From the UHGV virus genome UHGV-0172517: DNA of 29,893 nt. One strand, 5' to 3'. A program made the position numbers and the translations under genes. Below the pieces are notes generated by a model, which saw nothing but the letters and a program-made list of their open reading frames with translations, had not been told where the DNA came from and ran no database searches. This document shows, piece after piece, positions 7,016 through 19,418 of the stretch; within the stretch, counting starts at the first letter, position 1; every line of letters begins with the position of its first letter. The DNA comes from a virus.

Positions 7016-7479
7016 GCAGAGTCACCGCGATTATTTATGCTCTGGTTATCTGCATCATCGTCTGCCTGTCGTGGGCGGTCAATCATTACCGTGATAACGC
7101 CATCGCCTACAAAGAACAGCGTGATAAAAAAGTCAGTGAGCTGAAGCAGGCGACCGCCACCATTACTGACATGCAGATGCGTCAGCGTGATGTTGCTGCG
7201 CTCGATGCAAAATACACGAAGGAGTTAGCTGATGCGAAAGCTGAAAATGATGCTCTTCGGCGCAAGCTTGATAATGGTGGTCGGGTGCTCGTCAAAGGAA
7301 AATGCTCTGTGCCATCCTCAGCCGAAACCTCCAGCGCCTCCGGCATGGGCAATGATGCCACCGTCGAACTCTCTCCAGTTGCTGGACGAAACGTTCTCGG
7401 TATCCGGGACGGAATCATCAGAGACCAGACAGCACTGAGAACGCTTCAGGAATATATCAGGACGCAATGCCTTCGATGA
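7012..7479 (+). CDS. Rz: Spanin inner-membrane subunit Rz (i-spanin)
   Basis: 155 aa; N-terminal [30 protein letters not shown]… and …[30 protein letters not shown] match lambda Rz; the C-terminal third diverges from lambda. ATGA overlap with R. Confidence 0.9.
   Translation: MSRVTAIIYALVICIIVCLSWAVNHYRDNAIAYKEQRDKKVSELKQATATITDMQMRQRDVAALDAKYTKELADAKAENDALRRKLDNGGRVLVKGKCSVPSSAETSSASGMGNDATVELSPVAGRNVLGIRDGIIRDQTALRTLQEYIRTQCLR
7232..7438 (+). CDS. Rz1: Spanin outer-membrane lipoprotein subunit Rz1 (o-spanin), embedded in the +1 frame of Rz
   Basis: 68 aa ORF wholly inside Rz; AAGGAG SD 7 nt upstream; [21 protein letters not shown]… carries a lipobox (VVGC) and a Pro-rich mature region ([11 protein letters not shown]), like lambda Rz1. 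Confidence 0.85.
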   Translation: MRKLKMMLFGASLIMVVGCSSKENALCHPQPKPPAPPAWAMMPPSNSLQLLDETFSVSGTESSETRQH

Positions 7480-7651
7480 TAGCGATAATTTTACTCATCA
7501 TCCTTCACATTTGGCTCTGTAGACAGGGTGGTGATCACTTCTGGAGTGAATCCAGATTAAATATCTCATTGCTGATGCTTGATATTGAGCATCTTGCGCG
7601 CGGTAAGGGGCTGCGTTGAGATAAGAGCCAGTCATTACAAATACCAGGATT

Positions 7652-7678
7652 TAGCCTCGTATTCGCGGGGCTTTTTAT
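7652..7678 (+). terminator. Candidate rho-independent terminator downstream of the lysis cassette
   Basis: gcctcg-tattcg-cggggc hairpin with one G-U pair, followed by ttttt. Confidence 0.4.
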
Positions 7679-7685
7679 TGTCATT

Positions 7686-7714
7686 ACAAAAGCCACTCCC
7701 TACAGAGTGGCTTT
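7686..7714 (-). terminator. Candidate rho-independent terminator for the minus-strand moron genes
   Basis: Perfect 9-bp inverted repeat aagccactc / gagtggctt with a 6-nt loop; on the minus strand it is followed by TTTTGT. Confidence 0.45.
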
Positions 7715-7970
7715 GATAATGGTTTATACCCTACACGGGATAACTTAACTGATATCCCTTTTAAAGGATAAAGGTATTCAAGCCTGACACATCATGCGCT
7801 GTATCGTCGCCGTATTCCCGTATTAACAGAGACCGTAGCCCGACGGGGAACTCCTTCTGCGCGAGTGTGCGGGAATAATCAAAAACGATGCACACCGGGG
7901 TTACCGGGTACACATATTTCATCATGCCAGCGAGTCCGGTTCTGGCACGGAAGAAACCGGACGTTATGAT

Positions 7971-8381
7971 TTAGTGCGGAAATATTTGTGTAGTGTTCTG
8001 AATGTTCTCAGTAAAGAGTAATGAATTATCAAAGGTATAGTAATACCTTTTGTTTTCGTGGATATTTGTAATCCATCTGAAAACCCCTGCTGTAGCAAGA
8101 TTTTTCCTGTATTCGTAAAATGATAACTCTCCTGATTTGAATCCTTTTAAGGTGGCTTCTATAAGGCATTTATTTTTTGAAAATCTTACATTTACAACCT
8201 TACCCTGTCCTTTTATTAAAACCGTATTATCGTTTTCAAGAACAAGATGAATATTCTCTGTAGCTAAATAGTAAATGTAATGTGAGACATTGTGACGTTT
8301 TAGTTCAGAATAAAACCAGTGATAGTTTAAATTATTTCGCACTTTATCGAATATTTGTTTAAAAATGGCAACCTGAGCCAT
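7971..8381 (-). CDS. DUF1398 / YbcV-like moron protein (function unknown)
   Basis: ORF track 7971..8396; the second ATG at 8381 has a better SD (GGAAGG) than the first. AT-rich gene on the opposite strand to all phage genes; position between Rz and terminase matches ybcV in DLP12-type prophages. Confidence 0.6.
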   Translation of the reverse strand: MAQVAIFKQIFDKVRNNLNYHWFYSELKRHNVSHYIYYLATENIHLVLENDNTVLIKGQGKVVNVRFSKNKCLIEATLKGFKSGELSFYEYRKNLATAGVFRWITNIHENKRYYYTFDNSLLFTENIQNTTQIFPH

Positions 8382-8437
8382 TGTGGTACCTTCCATGTGA
8401 TATGAGGGGCGTAGTCTGCACGATTATCTAAATTGCT

Positions 8438-8671
8438 TCAATCTGGTCTGATCTGTTTTCTGAGCAATTCAGTAATGTCACTCTTTTCTTTGTTTGCTTC
8501 AGGAGAAACTCTTTTTTCTGAGCACAGTCTCCGGCGGCAGGCTTCAATGACCCAGGCTGAGAAATTCCCGGACCCTTTTTGATCAAGAGCGATGTTAATT
8601 TGTTCAATCATTTGGTTAGGAAAGCGGATGTTGCGGATTGTTGTTCTGCGGGTTCTGTTCTTCGTTGACAT
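8438..8671 (-). CDS. Ribbon-helix-helix-like small protein (YlcI / DUF3950-like)
   Basis: 77 aa; RNIRFPNQMIEQINIALDQKG…NFSAWVIEACRRRL fits a beta-strand/helix/helix RHH DNA-binding fold; AT-rich; located just upstream (on the minus strand) of the YbcV-like gene and adjacent to cos. Confidence 0.6.
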   Translation of the reverse strand: MSTKNRTRRTTIRNIRFPNQMIEQINIALDQKGSGNFSAWVIEACRRRLCSEKRVSPEANKEKSDITELLRKQIRPD

Positions 8672-8844
8672 GAGGTTGTCCCGTATTTAGTGTCGCTGAT
8701 TTGTATTGTCTGAAGTTGTTTTTACGTTAAGTTGATGCAGATCAATTAATATGATACCTGCGTCATAATTGATTATTTGACGTGGTTTGATGGCGTAGAT
8801 GCACGTTGTGACATGCAGATGATAATTATTATCATTTTGCGGGT

Positions 8845-9055
8845 CCTTTCCGGCGATCCGACAGGTTACGGGGCGGCGACCTCGCGGGTTTTCGCTATTT
8901 ATGAAAAATTTCCGGTTTAAGGCGTTTCCGTTCTTCTTCGTCATAACTTAATGTTTTTATTTAAAATACCCTCTGAAAAGAAAGGAAACGACAGGTGCTG
9001 AAAGCGAGCTTTTTGGCCTCTGTCGTTTCCTTTCTCTGTTTTTGTCCGTGGAATG
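8845..9055. other. Phage cos site: cosQ/cosN (GGGCGGCGACCT cohesive-end sequence at ~8870-8881) and the cosB terminase-binding region
   Basis: Seen: …cgacaggttacg|gggcggcgacct|cgcgggttttcgctatttatgaaaaatttccggtttaaggcg… matches the joined lambda right and left ends, ~190 nt upstream of nu1. Confidence 0.85.
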
Positions 9056-9059
9056 AACA

Positions 9060-9579
9060 ATGGAAGTCAACAAAAAGCAGCTGGCTGACATTTTCGGTGC
9101 GAGTATCCGTACCATTCAGAACTGGCAGGAACAGGGAATGCCCGTTCTGCGAGGCGGTGGCAAGGGTAATGAGGTGCTTTATGACTCTGCCGCCGTCATA
9201 AAATGGTATGCCGAAAGGGATGCTGAAATTGAGAACGAAAAGCTGCGCCGGGAGGTTGAAGAACTGCGGCAGGCCAGCGAGGCAGATCTCCAGCCAGGAA
9301 CTATTGAGTACGAACGCCATCGACTTACGCGTGCGCAGGCCGACGCACAGGAACTGAAGAATGCCAGAGACTCCGCTGAAGTGGTGGAAACCGCATTCTG
9401 TACTTTCGTGTTGTCGCGGATCGCAGGTGAAATTGCCAGTATTCTCGACGGGCTCCCCCTGTCGGTGCAGCGGCGTTTTCCGGAACTGGAAAACCGACAT
9501 GTTGATTTCCTGAAACGGGATATTATCAAAGCCATGAACAAAGCAGCCGCGCTGGATGAACTGATACCGGGGTTGCTGA

Positions 9580-9605
<26 letters not shown>
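9060..9605 (+). CDS. nu1: Terminase small subunit Nu1
   Basis: 181 aa, same length as lambda Nu1; MEVNKKQLADIFGASIRTIQNWQEQGMPVLRGGGKGNEV… matches lambda Nu1. Confidence 0.97.
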
Positions 9606-13286
<3,681 letters not shown>

Positions 13287-13306
<20 letters not shown>

Positions 13307-14606
13307 TCTCCCGCATATTGCCAGCATGGCTTTTAATGAGCCGCTGATGCTTGAACCCGCCTATGCGCGGGTTTTCTTTTGTGCGCTTGCAGGCCAGTTT
13401 GGGATCAGCCGCCTGACGGATGCAGTATCCGGCGACAGCCTGACTGCCGGAGAGGCACCCGCGGCGCTGGCGTTATCCGGTGATGATGACGGACCACGAC
13501 AGGCCCGCAGTTATCAGGTCATGAACGGCATCGCCGTGCTGCCGGTGTCCGGTACGCTGGTCAGCCGGACGCGGGCGCTGCAGCCGTATTCGGGAATGAC
13601 CGGTTACAACGGCATTATCGCCCGTCTGCAACAGGCTGCCAGCGATCCGATGGTGGACGGCATTCTGCTGGATATGGACACACCGGGCGGGATGGTGGCG
13701 GGAGCATTTGACTGTGCTGACATCATCGCCCGTGTGCGAGACATAAAACCGGTATGGGCGCTGGCCAACGACATGAACTGCAGTGCAGGTCAGCTGCTTG
13801 CCAGCGCCGCCTCCCGGCGTCTGGTCACGCAGACCGCCCGGACAGGCTCCATCGGCGTCATGATGGCTCACAGTAATTACGGTGCTGCGCTGGAGAAACA
13901 GGGCGTGGAAATCACGCTGATTTACAGCGGCAGCCATAAGGTGGATGGCAACCCCTACAGCCATCTACCGGATGATGTCCGGGAAACACTGCAGTCCCGG
14001 ATGGATGCAACCCGCCGGATGTTTGCACAGAAGGTGTCGGCATATACCGGCCTGTCCGTGCAGGCTGTGCTGGATACCGAGGCTGCAGTGTACAGCGGTC
14101 AGGAGGCCATTGATGCCGGACTGGCTGATGAACTTGTTAACAGCACCGATGCGATCACCGTCATGCGTGATGCACTGGATGCACGTAAATCCCGTCTCTC
14201 AGGAGGGCGAATGACCAAAGAGACTCAATCAACAACTGTTTCAGCCACTGCTTCGCAGGCTGACGTTACTGACGTGGTGCCAGCGACGGAGGGCGAGAAC
14301 GCCAGCGCGGCGCAGCCGGACGTGAACGCGCAGATCACCGCAGCGGTTGCGGCAGAAAACAGCCGCATTATGGGGATCCTCAACTGTGAGGAGGCTCACG
14401 GACGCGAAGAACAGGCACGCGTGCTGGCAGAAACCCCCGGTATGACCGTGAAAACGGCCCGCCGCATTCTGGCCGCAGCACCACAGAGTGCACAGGCGCG
14501 CAGTGACACTGCGCTGGATCGTCTGATGCAGGGGGCACCGGCACCGCTGGCTGCAGGTAACCCGGCATCTGATGCCGTTAACGATTTGCTGAACACACCA
14601 GTGTAA
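13287..14606 (+). CDS. C: Head protease / minor capsid protein C (ClpP/S49-like)
   Basis: GTG start at 13287 preceded by GAGGAGGAGAAG; 439 aa as in lambda C; overlaps the B 3' end by 20 nt. The ORF track's upstream Met at 13152 is not the start. Confidence 0.93.
14001..14606 (+). CDS. nu3: Scaffolding protein Nu3 (in-frame internal start within C)
   Basis: Internal ATG at 14001 (MDATRRMFAQ…) in the C frame with shared stop, corresponding to lambda nu3. Confidence 0.8.
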   Translation: MDATRRMFAQKVSAYTGLSVQAVLDTEAAVYSGQEAIDAGLADELVNSTDAITVMRDALDARKSRLSGGRMTKETQSTTVSATASQADVTDVVPATEGENASAAQPDVNAQITAAVAAENSRIMGILNCEEAHGREEQARVLAETPGMTVKTARRILAAAPQSAQARSDTALDRLMQGAPAPLAAGNPASDAVNDLLNTPV

Positions 14607-14615
14607 GGGATGTTT

Positions 14616-14948
14616 ATGACGAGCAAAGAAACCTTTACCCATTACCAGCCGCAGGGCAACAGTGACCCGGCTCATACCGCAACCGCGCCCGGCGGATTGA
14701 GTGCGAAAGCGCCTGCAATGACCCCGCTGATGCTGGACACCTCCAGCCGTAAGCTGGTTGCGTGGGATGGCACCACCGACGGTGCTGCCGTTGGCATTCT
14801 TGCGGTTGCTGCTGACCAGACCAGCACCACGCTGACGTTCTACAAGTCCGGCACGTTCCGTTATGAGGATGTGCTCTGGCCGGAGGCTGCCAGCGACGAG
14901 ACGAAAAAACGGACCGCGTTTGCCGGAACGGCAATCAGCATCGTTTAA
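14616..14948 (+). CDS. D: Head decoration protein D
   Basis: 110 aa from the Met at 14616; [27 protein letters not shown]… matches lambda gpD. Confidence 0.96.
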
Positions 14949-14967
14949 CTTTACCCTTCATCACTAA

Positions 14968-14992
14968 AGGCCGCCTGTGCGGCTTTTTTTAC
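14968..14992 (+). terminator. Hairpin plus T7 run between D and E (terminator-like / mRNA structure)
   Basis: ggccgc-ctgt-gcggct followed by ttttttt, immediately after the D stop and before the E SD. Confidence 0.45.
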
Positions 14993-15003
14993 GGGATTTT
15001 TTT

Positions 15004-16029
15004 ATGTCGATGTACACAACCGCCCAGCTGCTGGCGGCAAATGAGCAGAAATTTAAGTTTGATCCGCTGTTTCTGCGTCTCTTTTTCCGTGAGAGCTATC
15101 CCTTCACTACGGAGAAAGTCTATCTCTCACAAATTCCGGGACTGGTAAACATGGCGCTGTACGTTTCGCCGATTGTTTCCGGTGAGGTTATCCGTTCCCG
15201 TGGCGGCTCCACCTCTGAATTTACGCCGGGATATGTCAAACCCAAGCATGAAGTGAATCCGCAGATGACCCTGCGTCGCCTGCCGGATGAAGATCCGCAG
15301 AATCTGGCGGACCCGGCTTACCGCCGCCGTCGCATCATCATGCAGAACATGCGTGACGAAGAGCTGGCCATTGCTCAGGTCGAAGAGATGCAGGCAGTTT
15401 CTGCCGTGCTTAAGGGCAAATATACCATGACCGGTGAAGCCTTCGATCCGGTTGAGGTGGATATGGGCCGCAGTGAGGCGAATAACATCACGCAGTCCGG
15501 CGGCACGGAGTGGAGCAAGCGTGACAAGTCCACGTATGACCCGACCGACGATATCGAAGCCTACGCGCTGAACGCCAGCGGTGTGGTGAATATCATCGTG
15601 TTTGATCCGAAAGGCTGGGCGCTGTTCCGTTCCTTCAAAGCCGTCAAGGAGAAGCTGGATACCCGTCGCGGCTCTCATTCCGAGCTGGAGACAGCGGTAA
15701 AAGACCTGGGCAAAGCGGTGTCCTATAAGGGAATGTATGGCGATGTGGCCATCGTCGTGTATTCCGGACAGTACGTGGAAAACGGCGTCAAAAAGAACTT
15801 CCTGCCGGACAACACGATGGTGCTGGGGAACACTCAGGCTCGCGGTCTGCGCACCTATGGCTGCATTCAGGATGCGGACGCACAGCGCGAAGGCATTAAC
15901 GCCTCTGCCCGTTACCCGAAAAACTGGGTGACTACCGGCGATCCGGCGCGTGAGTTCACCATGATTCAGTCAGCACCGCTGATGCTGCTGGCTGATCCTG
16001 ATGAGTTCGTGTCCGTTCAACTGGCGTAA
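15004..16029 (+). CDS. E: Major capsid protein E
   Basis: 341 aa from ATG 15004 (MSMYTTAQLLAANEQKFKFDPLF…), matching lambda gpE in sequence and length. Confidence 0.97.
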   Translation: MSMYTTAQLLAANEQKFKFDPLFLRLFFRESYPFTTEKVYLSQIPGLVNMALYVSPIVSGEVIRSRGGSTSEFTPGYVKPKHEVNPQMTLRRLPDEDPQNLADPAYRRRRIIMQNMRDEELAIAQVEEMQAVSAVLKGKYTMTGEAFDPVEVDMGRSEANNITQSGGTEWSKRDKSTYDPTDDIEAYALNASGVVNIIVFDPKGWALFRSFKAVKEKLDTRRGSHSELETAVKDLGKAVSYKGMYGDVAIVVYSGQYVENGVKKNFLPDNTMVLGNTQARGLRTYGCIQDADAQREGINASARYPKNWVTTGDPAREFTMIQSAPLMLLADPDEFVSVQLA

Positions 16030-16031
16030 TC

Positions 16032-16049
16032 ATGGCCCTTCGGGGCCAT
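16032..16049 (+). other. Perfect stem-loop with UUCG tetraloop just after the E stop
   Basis: atggccc-ttcg-gggccat: a 7-bp perfect stem. It contains the spurious upstream ATG (16032) that the ORF track used for FI. Confidence 0.5.
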
Positions 16050-16070
16050 TGTTTCTCTGTGGAGGAGTCC

Positions 16071-16469
16071 ATGACGAAAGATGAACTGATTGCCCGTCTC
16101 CGCTCGCTGGGTGAACAACTGAACCGTGATGTCAGCCTGACGGGGACGAAAGAAGAACTGGCGCTCCGTGTGGCAGAGCTGAAAGAGGAGCTTGATGACA
16201 CGGATGAAACTGCCGGTCAGGACACCCCTCTCAGCCGGGAAAATGTGCTGACCGGACATGAAAATGAGGTGGGATCAGCGCAGCCGGATACCGTGATTCT
16301 GGATACGTCTGAACTGGTCACGGTCGTGGCACTGGTGAAGCTGCATACTGATGCACTTCACGCCACGCGGGATGAACCTGTGGCATTTGTGCTGCCGGGA
16401 ACGGCGTTTCGTGTCTCTGCCGGTGTGGCAGCCGAAATGACAGAGCGCGGCCTGGCCAGAATGCAATAA
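16071..16469 (+). CDS. FI: DNA packaging protein FI
   Basis: 132 aa from ATG 16071 with GGAGGAG SD; MTKDELIARLRSLGEQLNRDVSLTGTKEEL… matches lambda gpFI. Confidence 0.95.
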   Translation: MTKDELIARLRSLGEQLNRDVSLTGTKEELALRVAELKEELDDTDETAGQDTPLSRENVLTGHENEVGSAQPDTVILDTSELVTVVALVKLHTDALHATRDEPVAFVLPGTAFRVSAGVAAEMTERGLARMQ

Positions 16470-16480
16470 CGGGAGGCGCT

Positions 16481-16834
16481 GTGGCTGATTTCGATAACCT
16501 GTTCGATGCTGCCATTGCCCGCGCCGATGAAACGATACGCGGGTACATGGGAACGTCAGCCACCATTACATCCGGTGAGCAGTCAGGTGCGGTGATACGT
16601 GGTGTTTTTGATGACCCTGAAAATATCAGCTATGCCGGACAGGGCGTGCGCGTTGAAGGCTCCAGCCCGTCCCTGTTTGTCCGGACTGATGAGGTGCGGC
16701 AGCTGCGGCGTGGAGACACGCTGACCATCGGTGAGGAAAATTTCTGGGTAGATCGGGTTTCGCCGGATGATGGCGGAAGCTGTCATCTCTGGCTTGGACG
16801 GGGCGTACCGCCTGCCGTTAACCGTCGCCGCTGA
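16481..16834 (+). CDS. FII: Head-tail connector protein FII
   Basis: 117 aa; GTG start with GGGAGG SD; matches lambda gpFII. Confidence 0.95.
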   Translation: MADFDNLFDAAIARADETIRGYMGTSATITSGEQSGAVIRGVFDDPENISYAGQGVRVEGSSPSLFVRTDEVRQLRRGDTLTIGEENFWVDRVSPDDGGSCHLWLGRGVPPAVNRRR

Positions 16835-16845
16835 AAGGGGGATGT

Positions 16846-17424
16846 ATGGCCATAAAAGGTCTTGAGCAGGCCGTTGAAAACCTCAGCCGTATCAGCAGAA
16901 CGGCGGTGCCCGGTGCCGCCGCAATGGCCATTAACCGAGTTGCTTCATCCGCGATATCGCAGTCGGCGTCACAGGTTGCCCGTGAGACAAAGGTACGCCG
17001 GAAACTGGTAAAGGAAAGGGCCAGGCTGAAAAGGGCCACGGTCAAAAATCCGCAGGCCAGAATCAAGGTTAACCGGGGGGATTTGCCCGTAATCAAGCTG
17101 GGTAATGCGCGGGTTGTCCTTTCGCGCCGCAGGCGTCGTAAAAAGGGGCAGCGTTCATCCCTGAAAGGTGGCGGCAGCGTGCTTGTGGTGGGAAACCGTC
17201 GTATTCCCGGCGCGTTTATTCAGCAACTGAAAAATGGCCGGTGGCATGTCATGCAGCGTGTGGCCGGGAAAAACCGTTACCCCATTGATGTGGTGAAAAT
17301 TCCGATGGCGGTGCCGCTGACCACGGCGTTTAAACAGAATATTGAGCGGATACGGCGTGAACGTCTTCCGAAAGAGCTGGGCTATGCGCTGCAGCATCAA
17401 CTGAGAATGGTAATAAAGCGATGA
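16846..17424 (+). CDS. Z: Tail completion protein Z
   Basis: 192 aa; same length and position as lambda gpZ. Confidence 0.95.
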   Translation: MAIKGLEQAVENLSRISRTAVPGAAAMAINRVASSAISQSASQVARETKVRRKLVKERARLKRATVKNPQARIKVNRGDLPVIKLGNARVVLSRRRRRKKGQRSSLKGGGSVLVVGNRRIPGAFIQQLKNGRWHVMQRVAGKNRYPIDVVKIPMAVPLTTAFKQNIERIRRERLPKELGYALQHQLRMVIKR

Positions 17425-17816
17425 AACATACTGAACTCCGCGCAGCCGTACTGGATGCACTGGAGAAGCATGACACCGGGGCGACGTTTTTTGATGGTCG
17501 CCCCGCTGTTTTTGATGAGGCGGATTTTCCGGCAGTTGCCGTTTATCTCACCGGCGCTGAATACACGGGCGAAGAGCTGGACAGCGATACCTGGCAGGCG
17601 GAGCTGCATATCGAAGTTTTCCTGCCTGCTCAGGTGCCGGATTCAGAGCTGGATGCGTGGATGGAGTCCCGGATTTATCCGGTGATGAGCGATATCCCGG
17701 CACTGTCAGATTTGATCACCAGTATGGTGGCCAGTGGCTATGACTACCGGCGCGACGATGATGCGGGCCTGTGGAGTTCAGCCGATCTGACTTATGTCAT
17801 TACCTATGAAATGTGA
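17421..17816 (+). CDS. U: Tail terminator protein U
   Basis: 131 aa; ATGA overlap with Z; matches lambda gpU. Confidence 0.95.
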   Translation: MKHTELRAAVLDALEKHDTGATFFDGRPAVFDEADFPAVAVYLTGAEYTGEELDSDTWQAELHIEVFLPAQVPDSELDAWMESRIYPVMSDIPALSDLITSMVASGYDYRRDDDAGLWSSADLTYVITYEM

Positions 17817-17823
17817 GGACGAT

Positions 17824-18564
17824 ATGCCAACACCAAATCCTCTGGCACCGGTGAAAGGGGCCGGGACCACCCTGTGGGTTTATAACGGGAGCGGCGACCC
17901 TTATGCAAACCCGCTTTCAGACAATGACTGGTCGCGTCTGGCAAAGGTTAAAGACCTGACGCCCGGCGAACTGACCGCTGAGTCCTATGACGACAGTTAT
18001 CTCGATGATGAAGATGCGGACTGGACCGCGACCGGACAGGGGCAGAAATCCGCCGGAGATACCAGCTTCACGCTGGCGTGGATGCCCGGAGAGCAGGGGC
18101 AGCAGGCGCTGCTGGCGTGGTTTAATGAAGGTGATACCCGTGCCTATAAAATCCGCTTCCCGAACGGCACGGTCGATGTGTTCCGCGGCTGGGTCAGCAG
18201 TATCGGTAAGGCGGTGACGGCGAAGGAAGTGATCACCCGCACGGTGAAAGTCACCAATGTGGGACGTCCGTCGATGGCAGAAGATCGCAGCACGGTAACA
18301 GCGGTAACCGGTATGACCGTGACGCCAGCCAGCGCTTCCGTAGTGAAAGGGAAGAGCACCACGCTGACCGTGGCATTCCAGCCGGAAGGCGCAACCGACA
18401 AGAGCTTCCGTGCGGTGTCAGCGGATAAAACAAAAGCCACCGTGTCGGTCAGTGGTATGACCATCACCGTGAATGGCGTTGCTGCAGGCAAGGTCAACAT
18501 TCCGATTGTATCCGGTAATGGTGAGTTTGCTGCGGTTGCAGAAATCACCGTCACCGCCAGTTAA
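17824..18564 (+). CDS. V: Major tail tube protein V (with C-terminal Ig-like domain)
   Basis: 246 aa from the Met at 17824 ([20 protein letters not shown]…); same length as lambda gpV. Confidence 0.95.
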   Translation: MPTPNPLAPVKGAGTTLWVYNGSGDPYANPLSDNDWSRLAKVKDLTPGELTAESYDDSYLDDEDADWTATGQGQKSAGDTSFTLAWMPGEQGQQALLAWFNEGDTRAYKIRFPNGTVDVFRGWVSSIGKAVTAKEVITRTVKVTNVGRPSMAEDRSTVTAVTGMTVTPASASVVKGKSTTLTVAFQPEGATDKSFRAVSADKTKATVSVSGMTITVNGVAAGKVNIPIVSGNGEFAAVAEITVTAS

Positions 18565-18579
18565 TCCGGAGAGTCAGAG

Positions 18580-19002
18580 ATGTTCCTGAAAACCGAATCA
18601 TTTGAACATAACGGTGTGACCGTCACGCTTTCTGAACTGTCAGCCCTGCAGCGTATTGAGCATCTCGCCCTGATGAAACGGCAGGCAGAACAGGCGGAGT
18701 CAGACAGCAACCGGAAGTTTACTGTGGAAGACGCCATCAGAACCGGCGCGTTTCTGGTGGCGATGTCCCTGTGGCATAACCATCCGCAGAAGACAAAGCA
18801 GCCTTCCATGAATGAAGCCGTTAAACAGATTGAGCAGGAAGTGCTTACCACCTGGCCCACAGAGGCAATTTCTCATGCTGAAAACGTGGTGTACCGGCTG
18901 TCTGGTATGTATGAGTTTGTGGTGAATAATGCCCCTGAACAGGCAGAGGACGCCGGGCCCGCAGAACCTGTTTCTGCGGGAAAGTGTTCGACGGTGAGCT
19001 GA
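18580..19002 (+). CDS. G: Tail assembly chaperone G
   Basis: 140 aa; matches lambda gpG; ends …AGPAEPVSAGKCSTVS just after the slippery site. Confidence 0.95.
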   Translation: MFLKTESFEHNGVTVTLSELSALQRIEHLALMKRQAEQAESDSNRKFTVEDAIRTGAFLVAMSLWHNHPQKTKQPSMNEAVKQIEQEVLTTWPTEAISHAENVVYRLSGMYEFVVNNAPEQAEDAGPAEPVSAGKCSTVS

Positions 19003-19418
19003 GTTTTGCCCTGAAACTGGCGCGTGAGATGGGGCGACCCGACTGGCGTGCCATGCTTGCCGGGATGTCATCCACGGAGTATGCCGACTGGCACCGCTTT
19101 TACAGTACCCATTATTTTCATGATGTTCTGCTGGATATGCACTTTTCCGGGCTGACGTACACCGTGCTCAGCCTGTTTTTCAGCGATCCGGATATGCATC
19201 CGCTGGATTTCAGTCTGCTGAACCGGCGCGAGGCTGACGAAGAGCCTGAAGATGATGTGCTGATGCAGAAAGCGGCAGGGCTTGCCGGAGGTGTCCGCTT
19301 TGGCCCGGACGGGAATGAAGTTATCCCTACTTCCCCGGATGTGGCGGACATGACGGAGGATGACGCAATGCTGATGACAGTATCAGAAGGGATCGCAGGA
19401 GGAGTCCGGTATGGCTGA
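18580..19418 (+). CDS. T: Tail assembly chaperone G-T fusion produced by -1 frameshift
   Basis: The T-frame ORF (track 18984..19418) has no independent SD and overlaps the G 3' end; combined length matches lambda gpG-T. Confidence 0.85.
18978..18984 (+). promoter_or_regulatory. -1 programmed ribosomal frameshift slippery heptamer GGGAAAG (G to G-T fusion)
   Basis: GGGAAAG present 6 codons before the G stop; the -1 frame continues as an open frame (VFDGELSFALKLAREMG…) to 19418, as in lambda G/T. Confidence 0.85.

Noticed and set aside
7480-7560. Tiny minus-strand ORF (~14 aa, [14 protein letters not shown]) overlapping the Rz 3' end
   Set aside because: Too short and without conservation evidence; probably chance.
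8687-8944. 85-aa minus-strand ORF overlapping the cos site
   Set aside because: Spans cosQ/cosN, whose sequence is constrained by terminase recognition; low-complexity translation and no SD.
8961-9500. 179-aa minus-strand ORF opposite nu1
   Set aside because: Antisense to the conserved terminase small subunit gene; no independent support.
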